Below, piece by piece: positions 52,611 to 64,000 of a stretch of DNA of 64,000 nucleotides. Every line of letters begins with the position of its first letter. Position 1 is the first letter of the stretch. Under the pieces are notes generated by a model that worked only from the letters and a program-made list of their open reading frames with translations, had not been told where the DNA came from and ran no database searches. The translations under genes were made by a program, and so were the position numbers. This DNA is from the human T2T-CHM13v2.0 reference genome, Homo sapiens. The stretch lies in assembly GCF_009914755.1 (NCBI RefSeq), contig NC_060940.1; one strand, given 5' to 3'.

Positions 52611-53125
52611 AGACAGATAGATGATTGATGGATAAATTGATACATAGATATATAGATATATAGACATGATATAGATAATTGATTGATAGATGATGGATGA
52701 TTCATAGGTGCTAAGTGACAGATAAAATACATGATAGATACATGGATAGATAGATGAATAGAGAGCGATGATAGATGATTTAAAAATTTTTTTTAGAGAT
52801 GAGATCTCACTATCTTGCCCAGTCTGGACTTGATCTGCTAGCATCAAGCAGTCCTCCTGCCTCAGCCTCCTGAGTTACTGGGACTACAGGCACATGCTAC
52901 TGTGCCTGGTGATAGATAAATTATTGAAAGATAGACATGATAGAGGCATAAATGATAGATAGATGGATAAACATGATAAAGGGTAGATAGGAAGATACAT
53001 GGGATAGATCAATGATTGATTATAGAAGTAAATTATATAGATTAATAGATTACTGATTATAGATTAATAGGTGGATAGCTGATTGATAGATGACTGATCG
53101 ATTGATTGGTTGACTGACTGATGGA
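52611..53125 (+). repeat. Degenerate (GATA)n/(GATT)n simple repeat with an embedded Alu monomer
   Basis: Runs of GATAGATA/GATTGATA/GATGGAT. Confidence 0.85.
52787..52909 (-). mobile_element. FLAM/Alu monomer
   Basis: TTTTTAGAGATGAGATCTCACTATCTTGCCCAG...CCTGCCTCAGCCTCCTGAGTTACTGGGACTACAGGCAC. Confidence 0.8.
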
Positions 53126-53897
53126 GAGAGACAGAGAAGCAAGCTTAGCCATTGCAGCCACCCAGACAAGACATGCTGAGGCCTGGAGTTCCAGAAGGTT
53201 TGAGCAGTTGGAAGAACTTGACAGGCATGGGGGCAGCTTCTTCAGGGAGTGGAGGGGGCAGCAAGGTACCACTGGGTTCTGGTTGGAAGGTTAGGTGAGC
53301 GACAGCACCCTTGGTGGACAGAGGCAGCTCCAAAGGAGGGGCAGGCCTGGGGAGCAGGTGCAGCCCGAGGGGATGGTGCGTAGGCAGTTGGTTCAGAGCT
53401 TGGGGCTCCTCAGTGGGACATGGGTCAGCAGGGAGGCCAGTGGTCATTGAAGTTTGGATGGAGACAGCCTGGCTGAGGGGAGGGGCATGCTTGGCATCTC
53501 ATTTAGGGGACAGGAGGTAGACTGTTTACCTGTATTTTGAGATTAGGATTTATTCCTGATCCCAGGAGGTGGCTGATTCGGAGGGCTGGGAGTTGTTCTT
53601 CCATTTCTTTTGACGATTGTGTAAGTCGCCCATGCTTGGTCATAAGCCCCTTTTGTTTATTTTTGACACATACTTGGAATGGCTCTAATTACTACAGATA
53701 GAAGGAGACACATCTGGCAAAGACCATCCAAAAGGAAGCTAGTGGAGAGAAGCTCATATCGCACAAAGTAGGCTCCAGGGCAAAATCATTATTAGGATTA
53801 AAAGTGGTTGCAGCATACTGATGAGTATTCATTCCAAAGCATTCACTGGTGGGGGAGGGGTGGGGGAAAAAGAATAAATACATAAATAATTTAATTA

Positions 53898-54198
<301 letters not shown>

Positions 54199-54381
54199 TT
54201 AGCCATTCTGATCTTGTGTGTGCCTGCATAACAATAGAGCCTCAAATGACTACAAAACAAAAAAGTGTCAAGAAAAGGAAAAATTAATAAATGAGCACAT
54301 TCTCTACGCAGGAAATTATACCACTTCTCACTGGAACTGCTCGTTTAAGCAGACTCAATTAGGAAGAATATAGAAAAATTA

Positions 54382-54670
54382 GGCCAGGCATAGTGTTTCA
54401 TGCTTGTAATCCCAACACTTTGGGAGGCGAAGGCAGGCAGATTACTTGAGGTCGGGAGTTTGGGACCAGCTTGGCCAACATGCTGAAACTAAAATAAAAA
54501 AATACAAAAATGAGCCAGATGTGGTGGCTCATGCCTGTAATCCCAGCTACTTGGGTGGCTGAGGCAGGAGAATCACTTGAACTTGAGGTTTCAGTGAGCT
54601 GAGATCGTGCCCCTGCACTCCAGCCTGGGCAACGGAGTGAGACTCTGTCAAAAAATAAAAATAAAAAAAA
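54382..54670 (+). mobile_element. Alu (old S/Jb-like, small internal deletions)
   Basis: Dimeric Alu with an A-tail; degenerate TSD AAGAATATAGAAAAATT/AAGAATATGGAAAAGTT. Confidence 0.9.
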
Positions 54671-54909
54671 GAATATGGAAAAGTTGAACAAACTTGATTT
54701 AGTGGACACCCAAAAACTACAGACTACACATTGTTTTCAAGTTCACCTTGGACATTTACTAACACTCACCATGTCCTAGGCTGCAAAACAAGACTCAACA
54801 AATAGCAAAAGAACTTGCATCACACCAGCCATGTTCTTGATGCAACAGAATAAAGGCATAAATTGGCAACCAAACTAAAATTAAGGGCTCCCCTAGGTTT
54901 GGAAATTTA

Positions 54910-55080
<171 letters not shown>

Positions 55081-55209
55081 TGCACTGGTCCGAGAAGAAT
55101 TAGAATGAAAATCTAAAAGCATTTAGAACCAAACAATGAAAACTATGTACAAAAGCTTAAGCCATGTAGCCCAAGCAGTACTACAAGGAAACTAAAAAAA
55201 AAAAAGTGT

Positions 55210-55512
<303 letters not shown>

Positions 55513-55824
55513 TAGAAATAATATTATGAAATACAGAGGGATCTCCCTGCAGGCACCACTGGGAGCTGAAACATCAGGGGCACCTGGGGGGCGAAAGACA
55601 TGAGTGGGAACAACTTCAGCCCTTGCTTCTCCTCCAAACACCACTAAAAGGAATGCAAAGGGATTGCAGATGTAAAAGGGAAGAGTTCACAGCAGAGAGT
55701 GAGAGGAGCGCCTGCCAGGAACATCACAGAAGCTGGAAAACAAGTGGGGGAGTGATAACTGATTCAAGGGATCAGCGTGAACTTGGAAAAAAGTGGTGGG
55801 AAGCACCAAGGGCACGTGCCCACA

Positions 55825-55940
55825 GAGAAAAGGCCACGTGAGGCCACCACCCAGAAGAGAGGCCTTGGAAGAAACCAACCTTGCTGGCACCGTGATCCTG
55901 GGCTTCCAGCCTGCAGGACTGTCAGACCATTACGGTGTTA
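55825..55940 (+). mobile_element. MLT1 LTR fragment
   Basis: AGAGAGGCCTTGGAAGAAACCAACCTTGCTGGCACCGTGATCCTGGGCTTCCAGCCTGCAGGACTGT is an MLT1A/B core motif. Confidence 0.7.
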
Positions 55941-56775
55941 GACCGACACTGTAAAGAAAGTAGTGATAACACACATGGTTGTCTCGCTCCAGTTCTAAAA
56001 GGGGGAAGGATGCCGGGTGTGGTGTTCTCCAGAAGGCCCTTCCATGTTTCTCTGTGGCACCCGCAGTGCCTGGATGTCAGCACTGGGAGAAACCGCCTCC
56101 AGATTCATCTGTAAAATCCGAGCATCAGTGAGCTTAACTCTCCTGCTTTCTCAGCTCTCTGTTTCCATTAGGTTTGGTTGATCTGGGTCAGGGCCAGCAT
56201 CAGAGGTAAACCCAAAGCTGTTCTCTGTGGACTGACCTCTTCTCCCTTCTCTTACATGTCTGCCATGTCCACTAGCCTGTGAGCTTCAGGAGACAAAGGA
56301 GCATGTTTCTTCTTCCTGATACCCCCGAAACTTGCACAGTACATGCTATAAAATGCAGATTCAATGAGGGCTCTTTGCATTACAATTTTGAGAAAGAATC
56401 ATGAACCATGATTTAGCGTCTCTTCCCATCAAACCCCAGGCCCACAGAGCAATTGCCTTTACCTGTGACACACACCTCCTACCTGTCCTCCCCGCAGCCC
56501 GGCATCTCTGTCCTGCAGACCAAACACAAAACTCATTGCCATCACTCTTCAACCTGGCTTCCTTTCTGACTTCCCTTCAGGTGCCCCAGGCAGAACCATG
56601 GGGATCATCTGACCCTCTGTCTCCCTCATCCTTCCCTATCCCACCAGCCCATGTCCTACTGACTCAGTCCTTAAAGTCCCTCTCGCTCCCCACCGGATCC
56701 TCAGTGTCTGGTAGTACAGTGCCTGACGTGGGAGGTACACAGCGACCACTAGGTGAATACAAGAATGATGTGATT

Positions 56776-56903
56776 GGCCAGGCACGGTGGCTCACGCCTG
56801 TAATCCCAGCACTTTGGGAGGCTGAGGCAGGCGGATCACGAGGTCAGGAGATCGAGGCTATCCTGGCTAACAGGGTGAAACCCCGTATCTACTAAAAATA
56901 CAA
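56776..56903 (+). mobile_element. AluY left arm, cut off at the central A-rich linker (probable distal breakpoint of the Xq28 duplicon)
   Basis: GATCACGAGGTCAGGAGATCGAG...CCTGGCTAAC...CTACTAAAAATACAA is followed by unrelated AT-rich sequence. There is no right arm, tail or TSD. Confidence 0.9.
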
Positions 56904-59900
56904 TTCTGGTCATGCGCAGGTACTATTCATCAATAAAGGTATTACAACTTCAGAAATGTGTTCAAAATGTATCCATACTTTGACATATTAATGAAGTAAT
57001 CACTTTCTACACAAAACTACTCCATATGGAATATTGGGGAGGGGGTGTTCCAAATAAAGAGACAGGATTTCTCATGAGAACTCAGTGTCCGCTAGAAAAT
57101 ATCTAAGTAAAATATTTTACTTATGCAGAAAGTGTGGATGTTTGTGCATCAAAAGTTTCAAGAATCCCTAGAATGTACAATGGAGATGAGGAGAAAATAT
57201 CAGAATTTCCCAGTGCCAGAAATGAGGCAAGAAAAAATTCAGAGGAGTTGTAAATGTGAAAAGCCAATGGCTGGTCACACAGCAACATTGATAACCTTGT
57301 GCCAGGACAACTAGAATAAATACATAAACATACAGATTGAAAATATTTCCAATATTAGATCTCCCTCATGTGAGAACTAAATTATAAAGATTGAAGATAT
57401 AAGAAAATAAGCTACCAGAATTTAGGCTACCAGAATAAATTCGATTACACATCAATTTCTGATATTGAAATTGTCACAAATGTTTAAGTTGGTAGTGGAA
57501 GACAAAGGACATATAATCTTGGGAGTCCTAGGTCCCTGCCCACTGCCAGTGCCTCCACACTACTACAGCTGATGCTTTCTGGAAAGCACCACCTCCTAGC
57601 AGTAGGCCAACCAGCACAAATATAGAGCATTAAACCACTAAAGCTAAGGACCCTCACAGAATCTACTGCACCCTTCACCACATCCACTGGAACAGGCTCT
57701 GGTATCCATGGCTGAGAGACCCATAGATGGTTCACATCACAGGGCTCTATGCAGACAACCCCTAGTACCAGCCGAAAGCCAGGTAGACCTGCTGGGTGGC
57801 TAGACCCAGAAGAGAGACAACAATCAATGCACTTCGGCTCACAGGAAGCCATGCCCATAGGAAAAGGGGGAGAGTACTACGTCAAGGGAACACTCCATGC
57901 GACCAAAGAGTCTGAACAACAGTCTTCAGCCCTAGACCTTTCCTCTGACAGAGTCTACCAAAATGAGAAGGAACCAGAAAACCAACCCTGGTAATCTGAC
58001 AAAACAAGACTCTTCAACACCCCCAAAGAATCACACCAGTTCATCACCAATGGAACCAGACAAAGAAGAAATCACTGATTTATCTGAAAAAGAATTCAGG
58101 TTAGTTATTAAACTAATCAGGGAGGGGCCAGAGAAAAGTGAAGCCCAATGCAAGAAAATCCAAAAAATAATACAATAAGTGAAGGGAGAAACATTCAAGG
58201 AAATAGATAACTTAAATAAAAAAAAATCAGGAAACTTTGGACGCACTTTTAGAAATGTGAAATGCTCTGGAAAGTCTCAGCAATAGAATTGAACAAGTAG
58301 AAGAAAGAAATTCAGAATTCGAAGACAAGGTCTTTGATTTAACCCAATCCAATAAAGACAAAGAAAAAAGAATAAGAAAATATGAGCAAAGCCTCCAAGG
58401 AGTCTGGCATTCTGTTAAACGATGAAACCTAAGACTAATTGGTGTACCTGAGGAATAAGTGAATTCTAAAAGCCAGGAAAACATATTTGGGGGAATAATC
58501 AATGAAAATTTCCATGGCCTTGTGAGAGACCTAGACATCCAAATACAAGAAGCACAAATAACACCTGGGAAATTCATCACAAAAAGATCTTAGCCTAGGC
58601 ACATTGTCATTAGGTTATCCAAAGTTAAGACAAAGGAAAGAATCTTAAGAGCTGTGAGACAGAAGCACTAGGTAACCTATAAAGGAAGACCTATCAAACT
58701 AACAGCAGATTTTGCAGCAGAAACCTTACAAGCTAGATGGGATTGGGGTCCTTTCTTCAGCCTCCTCAAACAAAACAATTATCAGCCAAGAATTTTGAAT
58801 CCAGCAAAACTAAACATCATATATGAAGGAAAGATACAGTCATTTTCAGACAAACAAATGCTGACAGAATTTGCTATTACCAAACCAGCACTGTAAAAAC
58901 TGCTAAAAGGGGCTCTAAATCATGAAACAAATCCTGGAAACACATCAAAACAGAACTTCATTAAAGCATAAATCACACAAGACCTATAAAACAAAAATAC
59001 AAGTGAAAAAGCAAAAACAGAAAACAAAAACAATGTACAGAGGCAACAAACAGCATGATGAAAGCAATGGTACCCCACTTTTTAATAGTAATGTTGGTTG
59101 TAAATGGCTTAAATGCTCCACTTACAAGATACAGAACCACAGAATGGATAAGAACTCACCAACTAACTATCTGCTGCCTTCAGGAGACTCACCTAACACA
59201 TAACAACTTACATAAACTTAAGGAAAGTGGTAGAAAAAGGCATTTCATGCAAATGGACACCAAAAGTGAACAGCGGTAGCTATTCTCATATGAGAAAAAA
59301 CAAACTTTAAAGCAACAGTAGCTAAAAGAGACAAAGACAGACAGTATATAATGGTAAAGGCCTCATCCAACAGAAAAATATGACAATCCTAAACAAACAT
59401 GAACCTAACACTGGAGCTCCCAAATTTATAAAACAATTACTAGTAGACATAAGAAATGAGATAGACAGCAACACAATAATAGTGGGGGCCTTCAATACTC
59501 CACTGACAGCACTAGACAGTTCATCAAGACAGAAAGTCCACAAAGAAACACTGGATTTAAACTATACTTTGGAACAAATGGACTTAACAGATATATACAG
59601 AACATTTCATCCAACAACCACAGAATACACATTCTATTCCACAGCACATGGAATTTTCTCCAAGATAGACCATATGATAGGCCATAAAACAAGTCTCAAT
59701 AAATTTAAGAAAATTGAAATTGTATCACGCACTCTCTCAGATCACAGTGGAATAAAACTGAAAATCAACTCCAAAAGGAATCTTCAAAACCATGCAAATA
59801 CATGGAAATTAAATAACCTGCTCCTGAATGAGCATTGGGTGAAAAATGAAATCAAGATGGAAATGTAAAAAATTTCTTCGAACTGGATGACAAAACCTAT

Positions 59901-60100
59901 CAAGACCTCTGGGATACAGCAAAGGCAGTGCTAAGAGGAAAGTTTGTAGCCCTAAACACCTATGTCAAAAAGTCTGAAAGAGCACAAACAGACAATCTAA
60001 GTTCACATCTCAGGGAACTAGAGAAGCAGGAACAAGCCAAACCCAATCCCAGCAAACAAAGGAAATAACCAAGATCAGAGCAGAACTAAATGAAATTGAC

Positions 60101-60125
60101 ACAACAACAACAACAACAACAACAA
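60101..60125 (+). repeat. (CAA)n microsatellite within L1
   Basis: ACAACAACAACAACAACAACAACAA. Confidence 0.9.
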
Positions 60126-61464
60126 ATACAAACCATAAATAAAACAAAAAGTTGGTTATTCGAAAAGATAAATAAAATCGATAGACCATTAGCAAGATTA
60201 ACCAAGAAAAGAAGAGAGAAAATCCAAATAACCTCACTAAGGAAGGAAACAGGGGATATTACAACTGACACCACTGAAATATTAAAGATTATTCAAGGGT
60301 ACTATGAACACCTTTGGCACATGAACTAGAAAACCTAGAAGAGTTGGACAAATTCCTGGAAAAATAAAACCCTCCTAGCTTAAATCAGGAAGAATTAGAT
60401 ACCCCAAGCAGACCAATAAAGCAAGCAGCAAGATCGAAATGGTAATATTAAAATTACCAACAAAAAAAGCCGAGGACTAGACAGATTCACAGCAGAATTC
60501 TACCAGACATTCAAAGAATGTCTTCTTTCATTCAAAGAAGAAATGATACCAATCCTTTCACACTATTCCACAAGACAGAGAAAGAAGAAACCCTCCCTGA
60601 TTCATTCTATGAAGCCAGCATTACCCTAATACCAAAACCATGAAAGGACATAACCAAAAATGAAAACTACAGACCAACATCCTTGATGAACGCAGATGCC
60701 AAAATCCTTAACAAAATACTATCTAACTGAATCCAACAACATATCAAAAAGATAATCCACCATGATCAATTGGGTTTCATACCAGTGATACAGGAATGGT
60801 TTAACATACGCAAGTCAATAAATGTGATACACCAAATAAACAGAATTAAAAAAAAACTCACATGATTATACCAACAGATGCAGAAAAAGCATTTGACAAA
60901 ATCTAGCATTGCTTTATGATTAAAGCTCTCAGCAAAATAGGCATACAAGGGACATACTTTAATGTAATAAAAGCCATCTGTGACAAACCCACAGCCAACA
61001 TAATACTGAATGGGGAAAAGGTGAAAGCATTGCCTTGAGAACTGCAACAAGATGAGGAGCCTACTCTCACCACTCCTCTTCAACATAGTACTGGAAGTCC
61101 TAGCCAGAGCAATCAGACAAAAGAAGGAAATAGAGGAAATCCAAATCGGTAAACAGGAAGTCAAACTGTCACTGGTTGCTGACGATATGATCTTTTGCCT
61201 TGAAAACCCTATGGACTCTTCTAGAAAGCTCCTAGAAATGATAAAATAATTCTGCAGTTTCCAGATACAAGATTATTGTACACAAATCAGTAGCTCTTCT
61301 ATACATCAACAGCTACCAAGCAGAGAATCACATCAAGAACTCAACCCCTTTTGCAATAGCTGCAAAAAACAAAAAAACAAACAAAAAAAACTTAGGAATA
61401 TACCTAACAAAGGAATCAAAAGACCTCTACAATGAAAATTACAAAACACTGCTGAAAGAAATCA

Positions 61465-61743
<279 letters not shown>

Positions 61744-62385
61744 CTACAAATTCAATGCAATCCCCATCTGAATACCATCATCATTCTTCAGAGAACTACA
61801 AAAACAATTCTAAAATTAATATGGAACCAAAAGAGAGCCATGTAGCCAAACCAAGGCTAAGCAAAAAGAACAAACCTGGAGGCATCACACTACGTGATTT
61901 CAAACTGTACAGTAAGGCCATAGTTACCAAAACAGCATGGTACTGGTTTAAAAATAGGCACATAAACCAATGGAACAGAAAAGAGAACCCAGAAATTAAC
62001 CCAAATACTTACAGCCAACTGATCTTTGACAAAGTAAACAAAAACATAAAGTGGGGAAAGGACACCCTTTTCAACACATGATGTTGGGATAATTGGCGAG
62101 CCACATGTAGGGGAATAAAACTGGATTCTCATCCCTCACCTTACACAAAAATCTACTCAAGATGGATTAAGAACTTAAACCTAATTCCTGAACTATAAAA
62201 ATTCTAGAAGGTAACACTGGATAAACCCTTCTAGACACTGGCATAGGCAAGGATTTCATGACCAAGAACCCAAATGCAAATGCAATAAAAACAAAGCTAA
62301 ATAGCTGCGACTTAATTAAACTAAATAGCTTTTGCATGGCAAAGGGAACAGTCAGCAGAGTAAACAGACAACTAACAGAGTGGGA

Positions 62386-62665
62386 ACCCTGACCCTGACC
62401 CCTGACCCTGACCCCTAATTCCTGACCCTGACCCCTAACCCCTGACCATAACCCTAATCTCTAACCCTTAACCCTAACCCTAACCCCTAACCCCAACCCT
62501 CACCCTAACCCAACCCTAACCCCAAATACCTAACCCCTAACCTCTCTTAACCCCTAACTCTAAACGTTGACTCTTAACCCCTAACTCTGACCCCAACTCC
62601 TATCTCCAACCCTAAACTTAACCCCTAACCCCTAACCCCTAACCCTAACACCAACCTTAACCCTA
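62386..62665 (+). repeat. Interstitial degenerate telomeric repeat (CCCTGA)n grading into (CCCTAA)n
   Basis: ACCCTGACCCTGACCCCTGA...CCCTAACCCTAACCCCTAA, ~280 bp, many variant units. Confidence 0.97.
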
Positions 62666-63590
<925 letters not shown>

Positions 63591-63885
63591 AGACCTTAGG
63601 GGACAAGCATTAAACTGACACTCGAGTCCGTAGCCGGCTCTGCCAAAAGACTTGGGGTTGAGATGATATGAGGGCAGGGGTCAGGGAAGAAAGCGTTCTG
63701 GTTTTAGACCCACAGGAAGATCTGTGAAGCACACTTGGGTAGAGCACATGTTGCCTGGTGTGCGCTTGAAAAAAGCCTAAGAAGAGGGGGTGTCTGGAAG
63801 GAACCGCGACGCCAAGGGAGGGTGTCCAGCCTTCCCGCTTCAACACCTGGACACATTCTGGAAAGTTTCCTCAGAAAGACAGAAA

Positions 63886-63905
63886 AATAATAATAATAAT
63901 AATAA
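63886..63905 (+). repeat. (AAT)n microsatellite
   Basis: AATAATAATAATAATAATAA. Confidence 0.85.
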
Positions 63906-64000
63906 AAATCCAGAGGGCGGGGAGTGGGGGTGTGTGGCTAATGGGGCTTTACCGGGACTATCTGTCTTAATCCTCCAAACAACCCTGCCATAGCAGCCCA

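Noticed and set aside
62386-62665. True chromosome end, or the 2q13-type head-to-head fusion site
   Set aside because: The tract is short, degenerate, internal and in one orientation only, with no TTAGGG/CCCTAA inversion.

Overview
This is primate, almost certainly human, pericentromeric DNA, not a microbial window, and it has no intact protein-coding gene. Bases 1-~43,607 are old, divergent alpha satellite (~171-bp monomers) with pJalpha/A-type boxes; I saw no CENP-B boxes. It is built from two irregularly alternating monomer types, switches strand at ~23,710, carries a recent 3x tandem copy of a 4-monomer unit, and contains a 5'-truncated L1PA insertion. The satellite ends abruptly against a mosaic of segmental duplications: ~3 kb of AT-rich old-repeat DNA; a CpG-rich GCCGCGGCTTTTTGC repeat; a ~9.9-kb Xq28-derived unprocessed ABCD1 (ALD) pseudogene segment (exons 7-10 plus 3' flank, ending in a half AluY); a 3'-truncated L1PB fused directly to an interstitial degenerate telomere tract; and TAR1 subtelomeric DNA carrying a young AluYa5. 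This architecture matches the known pericentromeric ALD paralogs (2p11, 10p11, 16p11, 22q11 type). I cannot tell which copy without an alignment. I found no convincing new gene system. The most original signal is a recurrent short 'snap-back' (fold-back templated) hairpin at several independent rearrangement junctions, two of them at the same position of the alpha monomer.
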